Shown here piece by piece: positions 38,666-51,633 of a stretch of 64,000 nt of DNA. Source of the stretch: Octopus vulgaris. Its lineage: Eukaryota. The position numbers and the translations under genes were made by a program. Numbering within the stretch: the stretch's first letter is position 1; each line of letters begins with the position of its first letter. Location: contig OX597839.1 of the NCBI GenBank assembly GCA_951406725.2, positions 32,922,001 through 32,986,000 of the forward strand, read 5' to 3'. The notes below the pieces were generated by a model. The model made no database searches. It had not been told where the DNA came from and was given only the letters and a program-made list of their open reading frames with translations.

Positions 38666-39035
38666 TTTTGTTTTAATATTAACCGTGTAATGTTCCTTTT
38701 CCGTCGATGTATTATTCTTCGTTCCCACGTTCTTCCTTATAAACTTATTTTTGGGGTTTTCTTTTTAAATCCGCCAATTTTTAGTCCGAATTGAATTTTG
38801 AAATATCTTCCCGGGTTTTACTGTTTCTTTTTTTTTTGTCGTTCTGATTGTGTTTTGTTAATGTTTATTTTAATTCTTTATGCTGTTGTTGTTGTTGTTA
38901 AAAGTGACTTAAGTGTTTTTGTGTAGTGTTAAGTCCAACTCCTCTGGTGCTGCGCTGTTTGTGTGGTAGAGGTAGGCTTGTCCTCTCTGTTCCACTCACT
39001 CGCTCGACTGCTGGCCCAGCACCACAAGCACACTA
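38518..39035 (-). other. Candidate non-coding first exon (5' UTR) of the PTB gene
   Basis: Unique, non-repeat, CpG-retaining, A-rich on minus strand. Ends in a donor AG|GTGGGT (38517-38512); Inr-like CTAGTG near 39031-39036. Same strand as the orphan acceptor at 2576. Confidence 0.5.
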
Positions 39036-39452
39036 GTTTTCTGTGTGTGTTGTGTGTGTGTTTAGTGAATGCAGGTGAATAAGAAGAGAGAGAGGTGTGA
39101 CAGCAGTATAGGTGTGTGCTGGAAGGACAGGTAGAGTGATTACAGGTGAGTGATTGAGAAATGGGACAATCAGAAGAGAATGTCTCAGGTGGATAGGAGG
39201 AAGGTGATGGGAAGAGTTATTATGGAGAGGAAGTGAGAGGGGGAGAAAATGCAAGGGAAAGACAAAGAAAGGGAGGCACATAGACAGGTAGATAGATAGA
39301 TAGGTGGATAGCTACAAGCAGGTATATAAATAGGTATATACAGATTGGTATAAAGATAAAGATATCAATATAAATAGGTATTTATAGATAAATATAGATA
39401 TATATGTAAATATGTGTGTGTATGCATTATTTCTCTCACTCTCTTTCTCTCC

Positions 39453-39531
<79 letters not shown>

Positions 39532-39683
39532 TAGATAGATAGATAGATAGATATATACATACACACTCAGCCGAAATTGTGAAGATGATCCGGTTCTTGA
39601 CCGATGATTGAGGGCTTTGAATGTCCCGTCCGTGTTTTTTGTGTCGTCTTCTAAATGTTTCACGCTCTTGTCCCAGTTTGTAA

Positions 39684-39730
<47 letters not shown>

Positions 39731-39759
39731 TTTTAATTAATTTTACCCTTTATTATTAT

Positions 39760-40141
39760 GAGTGGCTGTGTGGTAAGAAGCTTGCTTACCAACCACATGG
39801 TTCCGGGTTCAGTCCTACTGCGTGGCACCTTGGGCAAGTGTCTTCTACTATAGCCTCGGGCCGACCAAAACCTTGTGAGTGGATTTGGTAGACAGAAACT
39901 GAAAGAAGCCCGTCGTATATAAGTATACATATATATATGTATATGTGTGTATATGTTTGTGTGTCTGTGTTTGTCCGCCCAACATCGCTTGACAACCGAT
40001 GGTGGTGTGTTTATGTCCCTGTAACTTAGCAGTTCGGCAAAAGAGACCGATAGAATAAGTACTAGGCTTACAAAGAATAAGTCCTGGGGTTGATTTGCTC
40101 GATGAAAGGCGGTGCTCCAGCACCACCGAAACAAGTAAAAG
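39760..40141 (+). mobile_element. SINE family A
   Basis: Family homology. Confidence 0.88.
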
Positions 40142-40532
40142 ATATATATATATATATGTGTGTGTATATATATATGAATATATATGTATTTGTGTATATA
40201 TATATGAATATATATGTATATATATATATGTATATGTATGTATGTATATATATATATATGTATGTGTATATGTATATATGTATGTGTATATATATGCATG
40301 TATACATATGTATGTATGTATGTATATAAATATATTTGTATATAAGAATTTTTTGCGTAATAAGATAAAAAAACCCAAGGCTGTGTAGATATTAGAGCAT
40401 TTATAGATAGAAGGTCTTACAGTTGTTTCTTGGATATTAATTAATAATATCCTTTCATCGGAGAAGGTGTGAGAGGAAAATTAAGTTATAGTTAGTTTAG
40501 ACTGACTATGACTTAATTTTTCCTCTCACACC

Positions 40533-40588
40533 GTCTCCGATGAAGGGATATTATTAATTAATTAATATCCTCGAAACAGCTGTAAGAC
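40533..40588 (+). ncRNA. Type-I hammerhead ribozyme motif (U4C core)
   Basis: GTCT-CCGATGA-AG-GGATATTA...TAATATCC-TC-GAAAC-AGCT-GTA-AGAC. Confidence 0.78.
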
Positions 40589-40814
40589 CTATCTATAAAT
40601 TTTCTTTTTCTTTTCTTTTCTTCTTTTGCTTGTTTCAGTCATTTGACTGCGGCCATGCTGGAGCACTGCCTTTAGTCGAGCAAATCGACCCCGGGACTTA
40701 TTCTTTGTAAGCCCAGTACTTATTCTATCGGTCTCTTTTTGCCGAACTGCTAAGTGACGGGGGCGTAAACACACCAGCATCGGTTGTCAAGCAATGCTAG
40801 GGGGACAAACACAG

Positions 40815-40872
<58 letters not shown>

Positions 40873-40874
<2 letters not shown>

Positions 40875-41069
40875 TCCTGGGTTGAGTCGGGGTTAACCAC
40901 AGTAAATAAGGTACTCAATACATTGCAGAGTAAAGTAATTTATTTTATAGAAGGAGCTTCTACAGGACTAGAACTGTTTCATTCAGATGAAATCTTCAGG
41001 AAGCTTCTTGAAGATTTCATCTGAATGAAACAGTTCTAGTCCTGTAGAAGCTCCTTCTATAAAATAAAA
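40873..41069. mobile_element. Palindromic insertion in the (TA)n of a SINE, with a hammerhead-like core on each arm
   Basis: Near-perfect palindrome 40939-41068 centred on aagctt; minus strand CTGAAGA-TTTCATCTGAAT-GAAAC-AGTTCTA-GTC. Confidence 0.7.
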
Positions 41070-41783
41070 TATATATATATATATACATATATACGACAGG
41101 CTTCTTTCAGTTTCCGTCTACCAAATCCACTCACAAGGCTTTGGTCGGCCCGGGGCTATAGCAGAAGACACTTGCCCAAGGTGCCACGCAGTGGGACTGA
41201 ACCCGGAACCATGTGGTTGGTAAACAAGCTACTTACCACACAGCCACTCCTGTGCCTATAAATGCTCTAATATCTACACAGCCTTGGTTTTCTTATATCT
41301 TATTACGCAAAAAATTCTTATATCCTCACGCTGACATAGAACCAACATTGAACCCTTTATTCGTAATATTACTGAATCTGGAACTTAACTATGGTCTGTC
41401 TGCAGCACTTATTCAGCATTACCTGACACCTTTGGGTCTCAATGACACCATTATCTCTTATATATATGTATGTATATATATATTTGTGTGTGTGTGTGTT
41501 GTGAGAAGAGAATAGTAGTAGTAGTAATAGCGGTGGTAGTAAAGTAGCCAGAGGTTGATGAATGGGAAAGAATGAGGGTGGGGCGCGTGTGGGGAGGACG
41601 GAGGAGATGGATTGAAGTGGACCTGGAGGTGGGGGGGATAAGCCTGGGGTGACTTGAGAACTTGGCGGAGAGGGAGGGGATTAGAGAAGGGCTCAACTGA
41701 GGTTGAATAGTAGTCGTGGTGATGGTGGTGGTGGCGGCAGTGGTAGGAAGACTCAAGTCATTGGGTAGAAGAGGGGAGGAACC

Positions 41784-41822
<39 letters not shown>

Positions 41823-43699
41823 GCTACTACTACTACTACTACTTTTAGTGTGGTTCTCTCTTCTCTGGATGTTTCCTACATAACACTTAAAAATCGAAAT
41901 AAGTTTATGGTGGAGGGGGAGGGTGGGGAGATGATGATGATGGCGGTGGTGGTGGTGGTGGTGATGGCAGCGGGGGTGGCGGCGGTTTGGTGTGATGATT
42001 GAGGTAAATGTGGTAGTGGTGGTGGTGGTGGGGGGGTTTGGCATTTGTGGTCCTTGACCGAGAACTACTACGTTGAGGACAGACTCACGTGTCCTCAATG
42101 TGGTTCTCGGAGAGATTCAGCATGGCTGGCACTTTGTCGGTTACAACGACGTGGGTTCCAGTTGGTCCGATCGATATGGAACAGCCTGCTCGTGAAATTA
42201 ACATGGCAAGTGGCTGAGTACTCCACAGAGATGCTGATGCAGAATGTGACAAGGCCGGTCCTTTTGAATTACAAATACAATTAATTTTCACCAGCTAGGT
42301 CTGCAATATATACACCGTCATCATCATCATCATTACCATCATCATCATAATCATCATTTAATGCCCATTGTCCATGCTGGCATGGGTTGGACGGTTTGAC
42401 CAGGGCTGGTAAGCTGGAAGGTTGCACTAGACTCCGGTCTGATTTCGCATGGTTTTCTATGGCTGGATGCCCTTCCTAATGCCAACCACTCTGAGAGTGT
42501 AATGGGTGCTTTTATGTGCCATGGGCACAGGTGTCATTTATGTGACACTGGGGTGTTTTTACGTGCCACCAGCTCAGGCACCAATTTGCCTGACACCAGT
42601 ATCTGCCACAACTGCACTTTTACTCTGCTTGCTGGGTCTTCTTCTCAGGTACGACATAATGCCAAAGGTCTCAGTCATTGCCTCCATGGGACCGAACACT
42701 TGAAAGGACCTCCGCCACTCATATGTATATCATCATCATCATCATCGTTTAACGTCCGTTTTCCATGCTAGCATGGGTTGGACGGTTCAACTGGGGTCTG
42801 GGAAGCCAGGAGGCTACGCCAGGTCCAGTCTGATCTGGCAGTGTTTCTACAGCTGGATGCCCTTCCTAACGCCAACCACTCCAAGAGTGTAGTGGGTGCT
42901 TTTTATGTGCCACCTGCACAGGTGCCAGACGAGGCTGGCAAACGGCCATGATTGGATGGTGCTTTTTACGTGCCACCGGCACAGAGACCAGTCGGGGCGG
43001 CGCTGGCAACGGCCACGTTCAGATGGTTCGCTTACATGCCACCGGCACTGGTATCTCAGCTACAATTTCCATTGATGTTGAGAGATTTTGATTTTCATTT
43101 TGATTTTCACTTGCCTCAACAGATATATATAAATCTGGCTTTCCATTGGTTACAACAATGAGGGTCCTGGTTGATCCAATCAATGGAATAGTCTGCTTCT
43201 GAAATTAGCATGAAGTGGCTGAGTACTCCACAGACATGCATACCCTTAACCCTTTAGCATTTTAAACTGGCAATATCTCGCCAAAATATTCTACTTGTTT
43301 TATGTTCGTCTTCATATATATATATATATATACTTTTTTACTTGTTTCAGTCATTTGACTGTGGCCATGCTGGAGCACTGCCTTTACTCGAATAAACCAA
43401 CCCCTGGACTTATTCTTTGTAAGCCTCGTATTTATTCTATTGGTCTTTTTCGTGAAACCACTAAGTTACGGGGATGTAAACACACCAACATCAGTTGTCG
43501 AGTGATGGCGGCAGTCAAACACAGATATATAGATATATGTACATATATACAACAGGCTTCTTTTAGTTTCCGTCTACCAAATCTACTCACAAAGCCTTGG
43601 TCAGCGAGAGGCTATAGTAGAGGATACTTACCCAAGGTGCCACCCGGTCGGACTAAACCTGGAACCATCTGGTTGGGAAGCAAGCTTCTTATATATATA

Positions 43700-44043
43700 A
43701 AAGGGTAAAGACCCCCTTCGGTCATGAATGACCATGGGATTGCACCTAGAAAGTTACCCTCCTAGACACAAGTCCGGGCAAGGTTGTTTATGGAAGACCA
43801 GCAGTCGCCCATGCATACCAGCCTCCCCTCTCCACGCCACCAGTGTTGTCCAAGAGAAAGGCAAAGGGGCCAATACAGCTTGGCACCTGTGACGTCGCAA
43901 CTCATTTCTACAGCTGAGTGAACTGGAGCAACGTGAAATAAAGTGCCTTGCTCAAGAACACAACATGCAGCCCGGTCCGGGATTCGAGCTCACAACCTCA
44001 CGATCGTAAGCTCGACGCTCTAACCACTGAGCCATGCGCCTTC

Positions 44044-44046
<3 letters not shown>
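43700..44046 (-). mobile_element. tRNA-derived SINE, family D (full length)
   Basis: Head ggtgaaggcgcatggctcagtggttagagcgtc...gagctcgaatccc. Confidence 0.85.
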
Positions 44047-44107
<61 letters not shown>

Positions 44108-44109
44108 AA

Positions 44110-45015
44110 ACTGGTACTCTGTCAGTTACGACAACAAGGGTTCCACTTGATTTGATCAACAGAACAGCCTGCTTGTGAAATTAATGTGCAAGTGGCTGAG
44201 CGCTCCACAGATACATGTATACCCTTAATGTAGTTCTCTGGGAGATTCAGTGTGACTGGCTCTCCTTCGGTTATGACAATGAGGTTCTAGTCGATCCGAT
44301 TAACAGAACAGCCTGCTCGTGAAAATAACACACAAGTGGCTGAGTACTCCACAGACACACATACTCTTAACATAGTCCTCAGGGAGATTCATTGTGACAA
44401 GGCTGGCTCCTTTGAATTACTGGTATTACTTATTTTTGTTCACTGAGTGAACGAGAGTAACATGAAATAAAGTGTCTTGCCCAAGGACAGAGTGCCCTGC
44501 AGGGAATTGAACTCACAAGCTTAGAATTATTAGCCAAGCCTTCTCACCACATGCCTTCAATAGACTGGCACTTCATTGGTTACAACGACAAGTATATTCC
44601 AGTTGAATTTGATCAACGGAACAGCCTGCTTATTAACATGAAAGTGGCCGAGTACTCCACAGATACTCTTTACTCTTTTACTTGTTTCAGTCATTTGACT
44701 GCGGCCATGCTGGAGCACCGCCTTTAGTCGAGCAAATCGACACCAGGTCTTATTCTTTGTAAGCCCAGTACTTATTCTATCGGTCTCTTTTGCCGAACCG
44801 CTAAGTTCTCAGGGAGATTCAGCGTGATCCAGAATGTGTCATGGTTGGGCCCTTTGAATAACAGCTACAACTCATTTTTAGCGGCTGAGTGGACCACAGC
44901 AACGTGACATAAAGTGTCTTGCTCAAGGATATAATGTGCCCCTGGGAAGAATTGAACTTTAGGACATTATAATCATGATCCAAATACTCCTAACCACCAA
45001 GCTACATGCCTTCAC
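44110..45015 (-). mobile_element. Cluster of degenerate SINE-like copies (family F) with reiterated 3' segments
   Basis: Repeated aacagcctgctcgtgaaattaac..gtggctgagtactccacaga; also at ~42110-42300, 43135-43250, 48540-48660. Confidence 0.65.
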
Positions 45016-45737
45016 CAGTTATTGACCCCCCCCAAGGCCAGTGGTAGATGTGGGTAGAGGGCAGAGGAGACGCTTTTATGGCTTGTTCCCCCCCCCATGT
45101 TTGTGTTGCAAACTTGAACAGTGCAGGAGATGTCAGTGGCACTTGTAGCAGAGGCAAGAGGTCACTGTTGGGTTGTCTTTTGTTCAGAGAAATACCCAGA
45201 CAAGACGCGGTTCCGCTTGGCGGACTGTGTTGTTTGAAGAGAGAGAGAGAAGAAAACAGACAGACAGTATTCTGTGGGGGAGAGAGAGAGAGAGAGAGAG
45301 AGAGAATAAATGTTCTGTGTGAGGGAGAGAAAGAATAAGATAGAATACCTGTAGGTGTGTGTGTGTAAATAGGAAAGAGGGAGGGAGATAGACAGGTAGA
45401 GAGAGAGGGAGGGAGGGCGATAGACATGTAGAGGAAGGGGAGGCAGAGAGCAGATGCAGGGGAGGGTGGGTGCAGAGGTGGTGATGGAAGGTTGTGGGGA
45501 TTTGAACAAACATCCATGTGTGCGTATGTATGCATATGTATGTATGTGTGTGTGTGTGAGCAAGTATGGAAGAAAGAGGGAGAGAGAGAGAGACATGGAG
45601 CAGAGAACGAGGTGATAGGTATGTTGAGTGTACTCATACATACAGATATGTGTTTGTGTGTGTATATGAGCAAGTATGAGAGAGATAGAGAGACAAGGAG
45701 AGAGAGGTGGTGATGGAAATATGAATGCACTTGTACA

Positions 45738-47350
45738 GACTCACACTGGTATTCTTTGGCTCCCACTAGCACCCACTGACTCACACAGGCTCTCACTAGC
45801 ACCCACTGGCTCACACAGGCTCCCACTGACTCCCACTGGCTCACACAGGCTCTCACTAGCACCCACTGGCTCTCACTAGCACCCACTGGCTCACACAGGC
45901 TCCCACTGGCTCACAGAGGCTCCCACTGACTCCCACTGGCTCACACAGGCTCCCACTGACTCCCACTGGTTCACACAGGCTCTCACTAGCACCCACTGAC
46001 TCCCACTGGTTCACACAGGCTCTCACTGACTCCCACTGGTTCACACAGGCTCTCACAGAGGCTCCCACTGGTTCACACAGGCTCTCACTGACTCCCACTG
46101 GTTCACACAGGCTCTCACAGAGGCTCCCACTGGTTCACACAGGCTCTCACTAGCACCCACTGACTCCCACTGGCTCACACAGCCTCCCACTAGCACCCAC
46201 TGGTTCACACAGGCTCCCACTAGCACCCTCTGACTCCCACTGGCTCACACAGGCTCCCACTGGCTCTCACAAGCTCCCACTGGCTCACACAGCCTCCCAC
46301 TAGCATCCACTGGCTCACACAGGCTCCCACTAGCACCCACTGACTCCCACTGGTTCACACAGGCTCCCACTAGCACCCACTGGCTCACACAGGCTCTCAC
46401 TAGCACCAACTGGCTCACACAGGCTCCCACTAGCATCCACTGGCTCACACAGGCTCCCACTAGCACCCTCTGACTCCCACTGGCTCACACAGGCTCCCAC
46501 TGGCTCTCACAAGCTCCCACTGGCTCACACAGCCTCCCACTAGCATCCACTGGCTCACACAGGCTCCCACTAGCACCCACTGACTCCCACTGACTCCCAC
46601 TGGCTCACACAGGCTCCCACTAGCACCCACTGGCTCACACAGGCTCTCACTAGCACCAACTGGCTCACACAGCCTCCCACTAGCATCCACTGGCTCACAC
46701 AGGCTCCCACTAGCACCCACTGACTCCCACTGGCTCACACAGGCTCCCACTAGCACCCACTGGCTCACACAGGCTCTCACTAGCACCCACTGGCTCACAC
46801 AGGCTCTCACTAGCACCAACTGGCTCACACAGGCTCCCACTAGCACCCACTGGCTCACACAGGCTCCCACTAGCACCCACTGGCTCACACAGGCTCCCAC
46901 TAGCACCCACTGGCTCACACAGGCTCTCACTAGCACCAACTGGCTCACACAGGCTCCCACTGGCTCACACAGGCTCTCACTAGCACCCACTGGCTCACAC
47001 ACGCTCCCACTAGCACCCACTGGCTCACACAGGCTCCCACTAGCACCCACTGGCTCACACAGGCTCTCACTAGCACCCACTGGCTCACACAGGCTCCCAC
47101 TAGCACCCACTGGCTCACACAGGCTCTCACTAGCACCCACTGGCTCACACACGCTCCCACTAGCACCCACTGGCTCACACAGGCTCCCACTAGCACCCAC
47201 TGGCTCACACAGGCTCCCACTAGCACCCACTGGCTCACACAGGCTCCCACTAGCTCCCACTGGCTCTCACAAGCTCCCACTAGCATCCACTGACTCACAC
47301 TGGTATTCTCTGGCTCCCACTGGCACCCTCTGGCTCACACAGGCTCCCGC
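45738..47350. repeat. 1.6-kb minisatellite of 30-bp units made of 10-bp subunits
   Basis: Unit tagcacccac-tggctcacac-aggctcccac. Confidence 0.97.
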
Positions 47351-48136
47351 AGTTTCTTTCTGTCTACAAAACTAGGTCGTTCCAAGTCAATAACAAAAGG
47401 CATTTTCCACTAGGTCCCCACACAGTACAACCAACCTGGAAACAACAGATTTGCCGAAGTGACTTTCTTAATCAAATCACTGACTTGTTTGTCCTGGAGT
47501 TTCTCATCCTTAAACGTAATTGCTCCGCTTTATATTTATGCTCTCACCGATTGGAGTCACTGATGTGCGTCTTTTCATTTCCATTGACTTCATTGGTGCA
47601 TGGATTTCATCTTCTCTTCCGAGCAGGAATTTCTCCTTTATCAAATAACAGGTGACACTTTCGTGTTTTGTATTAGACACATAATAATGTTGTACTGAAT
47701 AGATCTATAGATTGTAGCCGACACTCTATGCACAAACAAATATATATATTTTATTGCAATGCAATATACTGTACCGCAGAATATATCTATAGATTTATTG
47801 ATAATATATGTATGTATATATATGTGTGTGTGTATATATGTGTATATATATATGTATATATATATGTGTGTGTATGTAAATGTGTATATATATATATTAT
47901 CGTGGCCGTTTGCCAGCCTCGTCTGGCACCTGTGCTGGTAGCACGTAAAAAGGACCCACTACACTCACGGAGTGGTTGGCGTTAGGAAGGGCATCCAGCC
48001 GTAGAAACACTGCCAGATCAGACTGGGCCTGATGCAGCCTTCTGGCTTCACAGACCCCAGTTGAACCGTCCAACCCATGCTAGCATGGAAAACGGACGCT
48101 AAATGATGATGATGATATATGTCTGTGTATGTAAAG

Positions 48137-48183
<47 letters not shown>

Positions 48184-49739
48184 CGTGGCCGTTTGCCAGC
48201 CTCGTCTGGCACCTGTGCTGGTGGAACATAAAAGGCACTGAGGCCATGCTGGAGCACCGCCTTTAGTCAAGCAAATCGACCCCGGGACTTATTCTTTGTA
48301 AGCCCAGTACTTATTCTATCGGTTGTCAAGCAATGCTAGGGGAACAAACACAGACACTCAGAGTGGTTGGCGTTAGGAAGGGCATCCAGCCGTAGAAACA
48401 TTGCCAGATCAGGCTGGGCCTGGTGCAGCCTTCTGGCTTCCCAGACCCCAGTTGAACTGTCCAACCCATGCTAGCATGGAAAGCGGACGCTAAACGATGA
48501 TGATGATGATATATATATATATACGTGTGTGTGTGTGTGTTTAGCACTGTACCAGTTATGATGTCAAGGATTCCAGCTGCTGTGATGAGTGGAAGAGCCA
48601 GTTCATGAAATTTACATTCTAGTGGCTGAGTACTCCACAGATACACGTATCCTTAGTGTCGTCATTGCTGTTGTCATCATGATCAGTAAATTGCCACGCT
48701 TCCATTTCTTTCTGCTTCCATAGTTTCCTCTGTGCCGAGTCGACAGAACACCTGGACGAGTCAGCATGGCGCCGTCCACATTCCGTTCTACTCTTTTCAG
48801 TCATTAGTCCGTGGCCATGCTGGAGCACCACCTTGCAACACTAGTTTTAAAAGAGCAGCTGACTGAGATGGACTGGGAGGAGGAGGAAAAGAGGAGGAGT
48901 GGGGTGGTTTGAAGACAGCAAAGAATGAGAGGAATGTTGTGCTAATTCTTTTTTACCTGTCCTCAGGTGAAATGTCTAATTGAGTTGTCTGGTGGGCTTT
49001 TGTCATAGGTGTGAAGGACTGTGTGTTAACAAGGGTGGCTTATTGTATGTGAGGCGCTGGGGTAGGGGTGCACTCTTCATCGGGTGACTGGATAACAGTG
49101 TAACCATGCTCTGAGACAAACAGACAGACACATAATAGATGCATAGACGGATTTGCAGGTAAATATCATCATCATTGTCATTACCATCATCATCATCATC
49201 GTTGTCATCCTCATCATCACCATCCCCAATGGTTTAACATCCGCTTTTCCATGCTTGCATGGGTTGGACAGAATTTTTGAAGCAAATTTTTTTCCCTCCG
49301 TGGCTGGATTCCTTTCCTGTTGCCAACCTGTTGAAAATTATCTAAAAATAATCAAGAATTAATCATATACCGGTTTCGTCAACGAATCTACGGACGAAGG
49401 ATTATGAAAGTAATATATTCGGTAATAGACGAAACCGGTATTCGATTAATTCTTGATTTTTATATAATTTGCATCTGCCTTGCCTGCCTATGTTCTGGTG
49501 TTTGCTGAATTTTCTCTGGAGAACATTCTTTCTTTGTAGTTAGATCGTATGTAATCTTCTTCTAGCATATGGTTATCCACCTAGTGGTCTTAGCCCTAAA
49601 TATAACACATGTATTGAAATTTTTTCTGATTTTTCAGATTTTTTGTATGCTAGGCTATTGGTTTTAAATTGATATTAATTAAATTAATATTCAATTTATC
49701 TCCCTCATTATTTAAATATATATATATATTTTTTTTTTT

Positions 49740-50142
49740 ATTTTGCTTGTTTCAGTCATTTGACTGCGGCCATGCTGGAGCACCGCCTTTCGTCGAGCAA
49801 ATCGACCCCGGGACTTACTCTTTGTAAGCCCAGTACTTATTCTATCGGTCTCTTTTGCCAAACCGCTAAGTGACGGGGGCGTAAACACACCAGCATCGGT
49901 TGTCAAGCAATGTTGGGGGGACAAACACAGACACACAAACACACACATACACACACACATATATATATATATACATATATACGACAGGCTTCTTTCAGTT
50001 TCCGTCTACCAAATCCACTCACAAGGCATTGGTCAGCCCGGGGCTATAGCAGAAGACACTTGCCCAAGATGCCACGCAGTGGGACTGAACCCGGAACCAT
50101 GTGGTTGGTTAGCAAGCTACTTACCACACAGCCACTCCTGTG

Positions 50143-50146
<4 letters not shown>
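49740..50146 (-). mobile_element. SINE family A
   Basis: Family homology. Confidence 0.9.
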
Positions 50147-50195
<49 letters not shown>

Positions 50196-50769
50196 TAAGC
50201 AACAAGGATATCCAGAGGTAATACAGCATAACCTCTGGATATCCTTGTTGCTTATTTTGTGCATATATATATATATATAGAATGCCCACTATGATAGTGG
50301 AGGATTGGTAAAGACCCTCACAAGTGCAACAACCAAGGACCAAGGGGTCTCCTCTTCATCAAGATCTGGTCCTTTATTTCAGAATTACAGAGTTCTTTTA
50401 TGTCAGTTCATTCAGGTTTGGGGGTCGATACAACCACTTTTCCTGTCTGATGAAAGGGATACAGGTCTGAATGAAGGATGGCTGGACAGACGGACGGACG
50501 GACGGATGAGCGGAGAGATGAATGGATAATAGTATTTATAGACGAGCAGAATAAAAGAATAATGGATTAGTAGATTGACATGCAGAATGTATCAGAAAAG
50601 TGATTGACTGAATGGTGTGTAATTGATTCAAAAGACAAAAGAACCAGGAAGGGGGGAAAAAGAAGGAAAACAATTAATAAGAGTGATAGGTGTGTGTGTA
50701 GATGTATGAATGTGTGTATATGCAATATATGTGTGTTTGTGTTTGTGTGTGCATAATATATCTATATCT

Positions 50770-50822
50770 GTATGGATGGATATATATATATATATATATA
50801 TATCTGGATGGATGGATGGATA

Positions 50823-50858
<36 letters not shown>

Positions 50859-51633
50859 TGTATATATGTATGTATGTATATATATATGTATGTATGTATA
50901 TATATATGTATGTATGTATATATATATGTATGTATGTATATATATATGTATGTATGTATATATATATATATGTATGTATATATATGTATATGTATGTATA
51001 TATATGTATATGTATGTATATATATGTATATATATGTATATGTATGTATATATATGTATATATATGTATGTATGTATATATATATGTATGTATGTATATA
51101 TATATGTATGTATATATATATGTATGTATGTATATATATATATGTATGTATGTATATATATATGTATGTATGTATATATATATATGTATGTATGTATATA
51201 TATGTATGTATGTATATATATATATATGTATGTATGTATATATATATATGTATGTATATATATATATGTATGTATGTATATATATATATGTATGTATGTA
51301 TATATATATATGTATGTATGTATATATATGTATGTATGTATATATATGTATGTATGTATGTATATATATGTATGTATGTATATATATATATGTATGTATA
51401 TATATATATGTATGTATGTGTATATATATGTATGTATGTATATATATATATGTATGTATGTGTATATATATGTATGTATGTATATATATATATGTATGTA
51501 TGTGTATATATATATATATGTATGTATGTATGTATATATATATATATATGTATGTATATATATGTATATATGTATGTATATATAAATATATGTATGTATA
51601 TATATACATACATATATGTATGTATATGTATGT
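50770..51633. repeat. (TATG)n/(TA)n compound microsatellite
   Basis: Direct reading. Confidence 0.97.

Larger units (their letters stand above)
40340..41322. mobile_element. Fold-back Penelope-like insertion with two divergent hammerheads, interrupted by a SINE A (~40601-41256)
   Basis: Inversion centre ~40499; HHRs 40414-40465 (-) and 40533-40588 (+). Right arm resumes at 41256 after TSD (c)tataaat. Confidence 0.8.

Noticed and set aside
41451-42098. 215-aa Thr/His/Ser-rich ORF (also 57091-57321 and 23596-23874)
   Set aside because: Mixed trinucleotide low-complexity sequence without domain or splice support.
45002-45886. 294-aa ORF
   Set aside because: Composed of minisatellite and GA/GT-rich low-complexity DNA.
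46460-47260. EPVGASGSLC repeat protein
   Set aside because: Frame is broken by 10-nt subunit gains and losses; no splice or domain evidence.
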